The notes beneath the pieces are model-generated. The model saw only the letters and a program-made list of their open reading frames with translations. It had not been told where the DNA came from and made no database searches. Below are positions 1-12,334 of a DNA stretch of 64,000 nucleotides, in pieces; within the stretch, counting starts at the first letter, position 1, and each line of letters begins with the position of its first letter. The position numbers and the translations under genes were made by a program. The stretch lies in assembly GCA_051294375.1 (NCBI GenBank), contig CM119269.1, forward strand, positions 7,995,225 to 8,059,224. Direction: 5' to 3'. Source of the stretch: Paraspadella gotoi. Taxonomy: Eukaryota > Animalia > Chaetognatha.

Positions 1-106
1 ATGGGCGATCAACTGGCGAAATCGCACGGGGCGTTTCCAACTCGGAAATTAGCGGAGGGAAAGAAGAAAATGAATTCCCGGATTCCCGGCGGTGGGAAAT
101 TGATTG

Positions 107-115
107 AAGAGAGAG

Positions 116-182
<67 letters not shown>
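107..182. repeat. (AG)n microsatellite, representative of dozens of AG/CT, AAAG and GAC tracts across the window
   Basis: Direct dinucleotide repeat. Similar tracts at ~2226-2462, 3325-3404, 4354-4420, 28630-28751, 29494-29654, 32011-32102, 35619-35726, 43167-43222, 48813-49230, 60320-60408 and 61205-61321. Confidence 0.97.
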
Positions 183-476
183 TAAAAAAGCTAGTGACCT
201 TTCTAATATCGTCATTCTTTATTTCACATTTATTTATTAAGTCGCTATATATCTCAATGGTTAGAAAAGTATAATATAAAATAAGTAAAAAAATGAAAGC
301 GAAAAAGAAGGGAAAGAGAGAAAGAAAAAAAGAAAAAAAGCAAGAGAGAAAGAAGGAAAGAAAATAGAAAGAATGAAAGAAAAAAATAAAGAAATAAAGA
401 AAGAAAGAAAAAAGGAAAGAAAGAAAAAAGGAGAGAAAGAAAGAAAGAAGGAAAGAAAGAAAGAAAGAAAGAAAAA

Positions 477-512
<36 letters not shown>

Positions 513-978
513 GAGCAAACTTTTCGCCATAACTTCTCCTTTTCTGTGCAAAGGTCAGATGTACTAAACGGAAAAGACTTTTTCAAAATTTTATTTTTAG
601 TCGAAACCGGAAAAGATTTTTATTTTTTACGGTCAAAAAACCATTTTACCCGAACTTTCAAGAGAAATGAAAATTTCTTTTTCACTAGTTAACTTCTAAC
701 ATATTTTATTTAAAATATTTTTACTAAAAATTTTAGGTGCATTCATTTTTTAACATATGAGTATTAATTAAGTCATTAATTCGTTTTTACTTATAATTCC
801 TTCATCAATTTCTACATTTTTTTATCACTGTTTTCCGAATGCGCCCCATTTCTGTTTCCTGAACTTGGTCTTATCCCTATTATTTAATCCTAATCTATAA
901 TTACAATCCTCAATTCCTATCCTTAATCCCTAATTATTAACAATGATTTTTAACCTAATACCTAATAACTAAAAAATA

Positions 979-1979
979 AAACAAGTTTGAGCAAACAATG
1001 TCGGATCTGCCTACGATAATTAAGCGGTAATCAGCTAATCATATGATAAATCATAATATTTAAAAAAAATTTTTAACTCGCATCATTTTTTCAACTCGCA
1101 TCATTTTTTCAACTTCCATCATTTTTTCAACTCACATCATTTTTTTCAATTTGCATCATTTTTACAATTCACATCATTTTTTCTACTTGCATCATTTTTT
1201 TAACTTGCATCTTTTTTTTAACTTGCATCATTTTTTTTAACTTGCATCATTTCTTTTAACTTGCATCATTTTTTCAACTTGCATAATTTTTTTAAATTGC
1301 ATAATTTGTTTACATTAATTAATTAATTAAAACATTTATTAGTAATCATAAATAATAAAGATTCAAGTAAATGTGACTTATGTTTTTTCCATTTAAGCTC
1401 ATTTCCACTGGCACGATTCCGTCAGAACTTTATATCTCGCTTCTTCACACACTTTCCTACCCGCACACAAAATTTCATCTCAATCTATTAATTCAATTAT
1501 GATTAATTCGAGTAATTATGGGTTAAAATAAGTAAAAAGATTCAAGTAAAAGTGACTCATTTCCACTAGCACGTTTCCACCGAAACTTTATATCAAGCTT
1601 TGTCACACACTTTCCTTCCCACTTTCCTTCCAAATTTCAACTCAATCTATCCATCCAATTATTATTAATTATAGTAATTATTTGTGAAAATAAGTAAAAA
1701 GATTTTAGTAAATGCGACTTATGTTTTTTCCATTTCCACTCGCACGATTCCATCGAGACTTTGTATCCAGCTTCATCACACACTTTCCTACCCACAAACA
1801 AAATTCCATTCCAATCCAATCACCCTATCACGAGTTATTGGAACTTTTTGCTAAGGTGGGACGGACGGACGGACAGACAGACAGACGGACGGACATCATT
1901 TTTTTTGAGGGGGCGGACCGACGGACCGACAAAGTGAATTATAGAGACGGGATCTGCTGAAAGCAGATCCGACTAAAAA
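979..1979 (+). mobile_element. Non-autonomous Helentron/DINE-1-like (HINE) element
   Basis: Starts AACAAG. Subterminal GTCGGATCTGC (1000-1010) is inverted to GCAGATCCGAC (1963-1973). 3' hairpin GGATCTGC-TGAAA-GCAGATCC, a (GGAC/AGAC)n microsatellite at ~1859-1895 and internal tandem repeats are also present. This is the architecture of DINE-1-like elements. Confidence 0.6.
1070..1305. repeat. ~20-bp minisatellite (TTTTTCAACTTGCATCAT-like), ~11 copies
   Basis: Direct tandem copies visible inside the HINE-like element. Confidence 0.9.
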
Positions 1980-2222
1980 TTCTGAATGTATTCAGAAATA
2001 GGTCTAATTTTTTTAAAATCCATTCGTCATACTTTCCTTTTTAGTTGTCTATCAAATTAATAAGTTAGTGAGTTCATAAATTAATAAAACTATTCATTCA
2101 TTTATTCGTTAATTTTCCTAATTCCCTCTTAACAAAAACGGCAGGAATCCCCTTCCCGCCCAAAAACCTCGCCCTGTTGAAGAAAGGAAATCCTCAGCCG
2201 AAACTGAAACCGAGAGAAAGGC

Positions 2223-2291
<69 letters not shown>

Positions 2292-2359
2292 TTGTCTTCG
2301 CGACTCGATTCAAGACTGAAGGGCCCACGTGGCGAACAAGCATGGTCTTCGATGAACGG

Positions 2360-2427
<68 letters not shown>

Positions 2428-3322
2428 TCGCTCTCTCTCTCTCTCTCTCGCTCTCTCTCTCTCGATAACACCACGACGACTAATTTTGACCTACAGTTCC
2501 TCGTGGTACGATGACGAACACGACGACGACGACGACGACGACGACGCCTCTGACGTGGATTACATTTACTGCCACGCGGCGACGAAATTGGGTTAATTCA
2601 AAAAAATCCGCTGACGCAAAATGATTGGAACCTTCAACGCGAATTCGCGATCGTGCGGAGCTGGAGCAGAATGCGGCAAAATTGAGGTTGCTGCGAAAAA
2701 ATGACGACGCGTAGAGCGTGAAGATGCAGCATTTAAGGAAGTCAATGTTGCTGCGAGAAAATCACGGGATATCTTGAGAATCAGGATTGTAGAGAGAAAA
2801 GAGGAAAGGGATTTTTGAGACAGAACATTGAACGACATGAAACCGCAGTTGATGAGAAAATAATTGGACGAATCAAAGTCGGGAGAACAAAAAAGGATTT
2901 TGTATAAAGGGGATTCAGGAAGCGAAAATGTAGATTGTACCGTACACAATGTACATTGAAAAGAGGAGAATAAATAGAGTGCCGTTTTGAGTACGAAGGC
3001 GTGAGTAGATTATACTGGACCCAAAACAATACTTTTACCGTTTGATCCGAAAGACGAGGCTCTTCGTACAATTTCTCAGAGTTAAATTTTAAAAACAAAG
3101 GCGCAAACGTTGAGCTCAGAGACGGAGAGCAATCCCGTTCAGAAAATGATGCTTGTTAACCTAAAATTTCTGACGGAAATTGTCATAATTATCGACCTCG
3201 TGAAAAAATCAGTGAGAGAAAAAAAAAAACAACCTCTCTCGATTTTCGAGTTCTTTCTTTTCTTCTTTCTTTTTTTTGGCGGAAGAAATTCCAACCTGTT
3301 AGATCGATGTTGGAGGGCAAAA

Positions 3323-3407
<85 letters not shown>

Positions 3408-4351
3408 TTTATAGCTGAAGAACATGAACGCTACGCATCACATCCGCCGCATTTTCCCTGTTTATGATATTTCCCCTCGAACGCCAGCTTTCCTTTTTTG
3501 ATACTTCCCCCTTATTTTTTTTTCCATATCCCCTTTTCCTTTTTTTATTACTATTTTCCTTTTATATTAGCCTTTTTATTTCGTTTTCCTTTTTACGGTT
3601 TTATCCGTTTATTGCGTTGACCTAGAATCGTGAAAATCAAAATCTCCTCTTTGGGCTTTGAATTACTCCGATCGGAGTACGAATCGATTTAAAGATGAAG
3701 GTTAAATAGAAGTATAAAAATAAGCTTCGTCAATACGGAAAGGGTCCGTTAAAAAAAAAAAGGCGAACAAAAGGGCAATAAAAATATTAAATGGTTTCGC
3801 TCTTTAACGACTATTTATCAAACTTTAAAATACTGTAACTGTAGTCCACAAAAAGTTTTTCAATTAAATATCGAATGCACAATTTATGGCGATGACCAAT
3901 GGACTGAGTACTATTACGGGTTAGACAAATTAATTAGTACATGAAGGAGTCTAACTTTTCGCATTAAGCATCAACCCCCCTCAAAAACAAAGAACAAACA
4001 AACAAAGAACACACATTAGCACACACAATTACTAAATCTTTGATTTTTTTGCAAACTATATTATGTTTTTTTTTCTTTCAAAGCCATCGTTTCGAACACC
4101 GGAAATAAAGAAAAAAAAATTATCTTATTCTTTCTTCAAAATCTGGGTGCGTTTAAATGCTGCTTACTGCTAGTCATCCGGTGAAGAGGTAGAAACTACG
4201 GGCTCGTAGTGCTTGTTAACTGCTTGTGAACTAAAAGCTTTCGAAATGTCACCAAATCGGATTTCCTTGAGAAAAGTTCGTCATCATCATCGTCACCAGC
4301 GAGGGTTAAAAAATATGATCGAAAAAAGGCGTGTTTTGACTCGGCTTCTAT

Positions 4352-4423
<72 letters not shown>

Positions 4424-5063
4424 CCCCGCGTAAAAACTTCTTCGGCTTCGAATCTCTTTCTGTACCGAATTCGTTGAAGTTCTCCCGCCTCTCGACTCTC
4501 TCTCTCTCTCTCTTTCTACGTCTCTGTCTCTCTCTCTATCTTGCTTTCTCTCTCTCTCCCGCCTGAAACACTCGCTCTCGCAGTCATTCGAATCTCCGAA
4601 GCCGAGAGAGAGAACTTTTCTCTTCGCGATTCATTCTCGAGAAAAAAATTGGAAGGAGCTTCGTCTCTATTTCTCTCTGTTCGTCTCTCGCTCTCTCTCG
4701 TGAATTCTCGACAATAGAAAATAAAGAAAACTTTATTTTGAAGCGGGAAACTCGAAGAATCACAACGGCTGGATATTTATATTACGACCGCCTACAAAAA
4801 AATAAAAATAAAATATATTTACCGTTAAATATAAAGGACAAAATTGTAAGTAAAAAAGACAAAACAAATACAATAAGACTAAATATAAAAGATACAAATC
4901 TGTTTTTCTTCGAATTCGATCGTTAATTTCCCAGAAATCTTTTGAGGCGGAACTTACCCTTTATCTTTAACTCGACCCGCCCCGTAGTAAATTACCAACT
5001 TCGCCTGACCCAAAACGGGAAAAAGTAAACTTTTACAGAATCAAGAATCGAACTTTCTTTTTC

Positions 5064-5101
<38 letters not shown>

Positions 5102-5497
5102 GTCTCGCTTTTCCAGTTCGCTCGCTCTCAGTCCCGCGAAAAAAATAAAAGTCAAACCATTCAATAAAAATCTTCGAATCCAAAAGATTTTTTTTTGTTC
5201 GAAGAATAAAATAAAAATAAAATCAAAATTTTATTTAAAATTTAAAAAAAAATCATTGTCAACGAGATCGATCGTCACTCGATTGACGTATTCAGGTCAC
5301 GCGACAACGCCAACGCCAAGGCCAACACCTGACCCTTTCCCAGGTTTCGGGTCTTTCAAAAAGGAGAGACAAACTAATTCCTCGTCATTTTTCCTTTTTT
5401 CTTTAAACTCGAAATCAAAAAGAAAAAAAGGAAAAAAGTCCATCGCGGCATCGAAAAAAAAGGGATAAACCTTACCTTCTAACTTACCTGGCGTCCC

Positions 5498-8400
5498 ATG
5501 TCGCCGCGTCAAGACTGTGACTGCGCGCAGAAGAGAATCGGCGCCGGACCCGTCGTCCATCGTTGCGGCGTCGTTCCTAAAACCGCCGTCGCCATGCCCG
5601 CCTCCGCCGCAGCTCCAGCAGCCCCGGCCGCTCCGGCCGACGGCGCCGCCAACGCCCGTCGATCCGCCGCCGTCATCGCCGCCGCCGACGAGCAGCGCCG
5701 ACGCTTCCTGATGCCCCGGCGCCCACGCTTTTGCCGAACGGCGTTGGCGGCGCAAATCGTCGCCGAAGAATTGGCCGGAATCAAACAGGATCCAACGACG
5801 ACGACGACGGCGACGGCGACGATCCCGACGGTTCCGGTCGATGACCTCCGCCGCGCCATGGCTCAGCGAAGACAGACTCGCAGCCGCATGCGCGTCGTCA
5901 AAGAGTGCGAAGGAAACTTGAAGAACTACTTCCAACGGTGCCGCTGCGTGTGGTGTCTGCACGTTGCGTGCGCGGCGCCTTGCTCTTGGTGCACGCGCAA
6001 TCTCGCCGCCTTCAACGCCAACAGATTTGTGCTCAAAAACGAAATCCCGACGGAGAAGCGTCACTTTCCTTGTCAAGTCGTCAAGCGCCGCATCGACGAC
6101 TCCGCGACGCCGAATAAAAGCGGCGCCGGGGAAACCGGGGGCAATGACGAGGAACAACGCCGCGCCTCTTCCGGTTACGGGTCCATGGAAGGGAAGAAGG
6201 CGGGGAGGGGAGTCGAGGAGGAAGAGGAATCTTCGTCGGAAGAAGAAGAAGACGACGAAGAGGATTCCTCTCCCCCGATTTACTTCGCTGCCGGCGCCGA
6301 TCGGATCCAGCGCGCCAGCGGCGTCCCGGCGCAAGAGGAGGAAGCCGCCGACGGCGCCGACGACGAAGACGGAGTTGAAGATGAGGAAGAGAAGGAGGAA
6401 GAAGATACGGAGGACGATGAGGAGAAGAGATGGGAGGAAGTGATGAATACTTACGAATTTCTCGATCTCAGCGATCTCTATCTGAAAGACGAAGAGGCGG
6501 CCACTCGCGCCAGAGCACCACCACTTCGCTCTTCTTCCTCCTCCACGGAATTCCTTCGCTCCCCCGACGCCTCTCCTTCGCTACTCGGCTCATCTCCCGC
6601 CCACGCCCCCGCCACCGCCGCCGCCACCACAGCCACCCTCGTCCCAGAAAAAACTCTTCCATCTCCCGCCTCCACCTCCCGACTTTCTCCAACCACCTCT
6701 TCCGCCTCCAGGGCGACGGGGTTCTCGGAACGGGTCCCCAATCGCTACGCCTTCACCCGCTCGCCAGAGGATCGTCGAAAACGGTTCCTCCTTCTCGGGG
6801 CAGAGGGCGTGGGAAAGACGGCGCTGGCGACGCAGCTGGCGCAGGGTGGGTTCGAACCGAGACACTTACCCTCGTTCATCGATTTTCAAATCAAATACGA
6901 CTTTATCGTCAAAGGTGAGGAAGAAGACGAGGTTGGGGAAAGTTTTCTTTATTCGGTTTCTCTGATCTCCGCCCTTCCTATTGTTGATAATAAAGGGAGT
7001 GGTCGATTTGGAAATAACAAATACAATCGCTATCAATTAGTCCTAAAGTCTAAAAATATAAAATATGACTAACGAAACGTTTATTTTCGTGACGAATGAG
7101 TCAAAACATGAAACAAAACAAACGAAGCAAAACACAACTGGAAAGACAATTAAATTCCGCCCTCGTTTTGATGCTGGTACATCCAGCTCGACCGCTTGGA
7201 AAGAAGCGGGAATTAAAAAAGTCGTCAAGGAATTAAATAGGGGAATGAAAGATAAATCCCTTGTTGTTAATGTCGCTGGCTTTCTAACGTGTATTCCCCT
7301 TTTCTTTTCCACCCCCATTTCCCCCCCCCGCCCCCTATTTCATCTTCAAACAGACAAAAAGTACGAAATCGAAGTCGCCGACACAAAAGGTTACGAGAAT
7401 CAACTTTCTCTCTGGCCACACGAATTCGTCTGCTTGCTCGACGGGTAAGGAACGCCTCACCTTTCTTTATTGACCCGCTCCGAAAGGGGAAGGGAAAGGG
7501 GAAGGGAAGGGTTGAGAACTTAGTTATCGAACCTTAATTATGTATTTTTTATGGGTGGTCCCGAATAGTTGAATTTAAAAAAAAACTTTTTTCGAAGCTT
7601 TATTTGGGTTTAAAGGTTTTAATTTGGATTTTTTTTTTCATTCTTATTCTTTCTTTCTTTTTTTTATTTTATCCGCATTGGTCGCCTTCACTTAACAAAA
7701 AGAAGACAAAAATGGTCATTCCTTTTCCCCCTCCCCTATCTAAATTTCCGTTGACCCTTCTCCACACTTAACCCAATCTCTACCCCTCACCCTCCCCTTA
7801 TTTGATCGATTACGCTCGCTTTCTCTAAAGGGTCGACGTTACTTTAAGAAAAAAATAAATAAAAACTCAACCTATTTCGTAAAGTCGATCTTTTTTTTCT
7901 TTTTCATATAAAGTATTTGTTTTTGTTTTGGTTATTAACAAACGCGTCCCGAGAAGTAACCAAAAAAGAAAAAAAAATAATTTTCTTTCTGAAATCATTT
8001 CTCAAAACATAAAATTAAAAACAAACGATTTGTTTTCGCTGAGAAAACTATCAACAACATCTGGAGAATTTCGCGAACGCGGGAGGGCTTGAGTCGCTGC
8101 CAAGAAAACCTTTCTCTATTTCCTTTCTTCTTTTCCCGCTTTTCTTTTCCTTCGTTTGATTGAGAGAGAGAGAGAGACATTTTTTTTCATTTTTGGATTT
8201 GGAAACTGGACGGTGACATTTTTGAAATTCTCTGATAGGTAGAATTCGTAAATAGAAATTGGCCACATATGCTTCTTATTCCTTGGCGATGATCGTTTCG
8301 TGCCGCGTCGGGGAATCAAAATCGGTTTTCTGGTTCAAGATCCGATAGTCGAAGATCTACTTGGAATCGATTAGTGGGAAAAATAAATCTCGAAAGGATA

Positions 8401-9888
8401 ATTTTTACCCACGGAGATGGATTTTTACCACCCTATGTGGACAAGCCAGAGATGATGACTTCTTGACCAACGAGATCGCGAAAATCGAGGAGGCAGAAAC
8501 CAGTTCCTTTCTGCCGACACGGCGTCGTTAACCTGCCGTTCTCCCGCCGTTCTCCCGCCGTTCCCTCACCGTTCTTCTTTTGCTCTCCCACGCCGGGAGA
8601 ATTTCCTTGAAAACGGGAAGTTCCCGGGAAATACGATCTCGTGGAAAGGAACTTACGCGTTACGATCTGGCACTGATAAGGACTGGAGGCTTTTTTGAAG
8701 ATTATTATTATTATTATTAACAATTGAAAATATTTCAAATTCGTTTTTACTTAGTGCCTCCGACTCTGATTCATTCCAAAAACACCTCGCGTAGTTCCAG
8801 ACATTTTAATCCGATTCAAACCTGATCTTGTTGCCACCAGGATCGAGGCTTGGGGTCATGTTTTATCCTAAGACCTCACCTCACTTACCTTTTCTATAAC
8901 CAAGCCGATTTAATCCGAGGATCAGAATTATCCCTTTGGCCCACTGTCTCTGTTATTAATAATCAGTGGCGACTGACCACTATTCCCCGATTGATTAAAA
9001 GAGAACAGTCTTAGCAACCAGGCACTCCCTCTCGGAGATAATGCGAGGAAATCGCCGTGGAATGCGCCGCGGTAAAACTCGCTCTGGAATGAGATTCTTC
9101 ATCGAAGAATCGAAACTCAAAACCGACGCCGACAACCGGTTTCAGAGTGGTTGGCCTCTCTCGTCGTCGTGGGGCTTGACAGGTGGTCGAACTATGAAGG
9201 ACTCTCTCTCTATCTCTCACTATGATTTTTTTTTTTTTTAAATCGTTTTGTATTGTATTTTATATCTCTCCTTTTTCATGTTTTTCGTCTTCTTCCTGTC
9301 TCAGAAAAAAAAAATTAAGGCGAGAACAAGTTTTTTCCTCATCATATTAATAGAAAACAATTATTTTACGATATTTTTTTTTATTTGAGTCTGTGATTAT
9401 TCTTGATAATTTGCGCGTGGTAAATAATATAATTAGGTGCCTCATACAAAATCGTAACAATGCATAACATTAATATGATTATTAAACAAAAGCGAGAATA
9501 AAATTAAATAGAACAATAGTTGAGCTCGTTGGCCGGTTTCGTTTTAAACCAAAGCCCGTTAATATCGCGCCCCCGCGTAATCAATTTTCAAGACTCAAGT
9601 TCAAGGTTTTTTCACGAATCTTTTTTTTTTTCACAATTTTTTTAGATTATAAAGTTCAAATCTTTTTTTAATATTCACATTTCTACACGTTAAATCGATA
9701 AAACCGGGCGAGATAAATCTACGAATTGTAACCAACTTCAAGTTATTAAGGAAAAGTTTATACAAACATAATTTAATAATAAAGAAAAGGTTAATCGAGA
9801 GAAGAAAAAAAAACCTACGGGTGATCTCTGGGGAGTGGTTGAACGCGGCCTCGGTTTTTACCGCAAAGAGGAATGTTCAACTTTTGAA

Positions 9889-9921
<33 letters not shown>

Positions 9922-10764
9922 AAGAAAGAGAGAAAGAGAAAGAGAGAGAGAGAGTGTGAGTGATAAATGGGAGCGAGCGAAATCGATCAGTTATTCACGA
10001 CCCAGTCACCGGTGATCGTAATTATACGCGGTTCATCCTCGAGCCTTCCGTTCGAACTACTTGACGCGAACTCCCGCCCTTTCATCTAAGGGATTTCACT
10101 CTTCAACCACCCCGCTCCACCCCCGCACCCTCTTATAACCTTCCCACCCCCTTTCCCGCTTTCAGTAAAGGGTTTACTCGTTCGAAGGTTCAGCGTCAAA
10201 CCCAGATTTTTTTTTTCCTTCTTTCTTTCTGTTAATTCGAGTTTTAATGTTTTAACCCTGAATCGGATCTTGGTCGAATGGTTAGCGACGTATGTAACAA
10301 GATTAGCCCGCCTCCGCGGCCTCCGCCTGTTCGAGCGAAACTACATTCTCATCCTCCCCCTCCTCTTCCTCCTTTTCCCCATTTCCAGGATCCTCTTGGT
10401 CTACTCCCTCGACTCGGCGGAATCCCTCGAGTTCGCCGTCGATCTCCACCGTCGCCTCGACATCCTCGGCTTCCAGTTCGTCCCCAAGTATCTCGTCGCG
10501 ACGAAGACGGACATCGTCGCCAAGGACATTCGCGTCACGGCGGCCGAGGGTCGGCGACGCGCGCGCGGGATGGGCGTGCCCTTTTTTGAGACGACGGCGA
10601 TCGGCAGCGACAGCGTCGTGCTTCTCTTTCGGTCGTTGGTCGCCGATGAGGACGCCGACGCCGCGGCGAAGAAGACGCCAGACGCAGCCGACGCTGGTTG
10701 GCTCAACTGGCTGCAGAGAATCAGAGCGAAGCTGACGCGGTCACAAACAGCCCAAGCCATGTGA
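5498..10764 (+). CDS. Divergent Rheb/Ras-family small GTPase with long N-terminal extension (~627 aa; exons 5498-6914, 7354-7444, 10389-10764)
   Basis: In-frame GT-AG splicing joins G1 GAEGVGKT, G3-like DTKG, GILLVYS, G4-like TKTD and G5-like ETTA. Spacing and context resemble Rheb. The true start codon is uncertain (downstream ATGs exist, e.g. 5594 and 5710). Confidence 0.8.
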
Positions 10765-12334
10765 TCTGTGATTACGCTCATTCCTATTTCCCTCTACCAG
10801 TTCGACTCCTCACCCATTCCCAATCCCCGCCCATTCCATGCCTTTTCCATCCCCACCCATTCCTATCCCCATCCAGTTTCCTTCGGCTCACTTTTCTCTC
10901 AACTTCATTCCCTCCCCTCCACCGCCCCCCCCCATTTCCGTCTTCGAGCTTTTTTAATAATATTTAACGATGAGAATTTGTTCTCACGCCTTATTATGTT
11001 GGGAGCTTGTGTATTTATTGTCGAATCAATCAATTCACGACCTCAGCCTAAAAAAAAATTTGCATTAGTGTTATTTATTAGATGAATGCCCATTGATTTA
11101 GGATGACATTTAATATAAAAAATTCTTGAAAATTTAAAGTATTAAATTAAATTAAATTAAATTAAATCGAAGGTGGGCATCCGTCATTTTGCTCCGTAGG
11201 TAGAAACAATTTGTTAAATTAGCCTTACACTTTATTGTACACAAAAATGATATAGAATAAATTGATTTTGTTTAAATCGGACGTTTTTAAAAAATTTGAT
11301 TCAATTGTCAAGGCCAGACTTAGAATCAAGAACGATATTTGTCTTCACAAATCGCGGTTTTAATTTAAAACGTCTCTTTGTCGAATCGGCACAAAAGCGA
11401 TCGAAGTTTGCGAAACTCGGAAAATTAATCGAACAAATCAAACATTAGCGACTTTAGTCAATAGTCCTTATCAGCGAAGGCCTTCATTTTTCGTTTCAAA
11501 TTCTCAAGTTGGTTCAAGGCTGAAATGTGGATCAGTTTGACATAAATTATAAGCGACTTTGTAAAATTCTAGTCAAAAGTCGCCCCGACCTGGAAAACTA
11601 GGGCCTAAAAGAGGTATTGAAACGAATCGTCAGAACTTGACTCGTCAAACCCGTCGTCGGAGATGTGCAACGTTCAACATTCTTAAACAAGTTTTAAGGA
11701 ACCAATCAAAGAAATATAGTTATTGCATACTTGTTTTAAAAAAGCTGATATTCATAGTCTTATGTAAGCGATGGACAGAAAGCAGTAACTAAGGCGACAA
11801 TATTATATAGTTCATAAAAACTTCACGTAGTTTTACAAAGTGTTGGTACAATCAATGCCCACAATTGCCCATATGAATGGCATTTATTTTCTCGGATAAG
11901 AACACCTGTCCGAATCAATATTAGTGGCGCCCTCTTCCCGACTTTTATTTCGCTTTCACGAATCTCCGCCAGATAGAAGAAGCGATCCTCGAATCTCGAA
12001 CAAAAGTCACTTGGACTTCGAATTGACAGACACCAACAAAAACATCGGAGCCGTTCAGAGAAAGATTCGGAAATAATTCTTTGCAAAGATTATAAAGAAT
12101 TATAAACATAAATATAATCCTACTATTATTACAAAACTGGGAAAGAGTTTCCTGACTAATTTCTTTTCATCCTGGGTAAATTTTAATTGGAAATGAAAAC
12201 CCAGGCGAGAACTGAATTCTCTAATACTCAAGCTGACGTTTTGATATTTTGCTATATTATGATCATTATTTTCTTAATTTACTTTTTACTTAATAGTTTT
12301 CTCTTCTTTGAAAGCAATTCGACTGTCCGTAATC

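Noticed and set aside
1-4600. ERERER/LSLSLS and FFLS ORFs here and throughout the window
   Set aside because: Translations of AG/CT and AAAG microsatellites.
5297-6334. 345-aa antisense ORF and a strong minus-strand donor near 5488
   Set aside because: Shadow ORF of a GC-rich coding exon; I could not find downstream exons to build a gene.
8050-9240. Short minus-strand ORFs in the GTPase intron (possible nested gene)
   Set aside because: No recognisable domain and no consistent in-frame splice chain.
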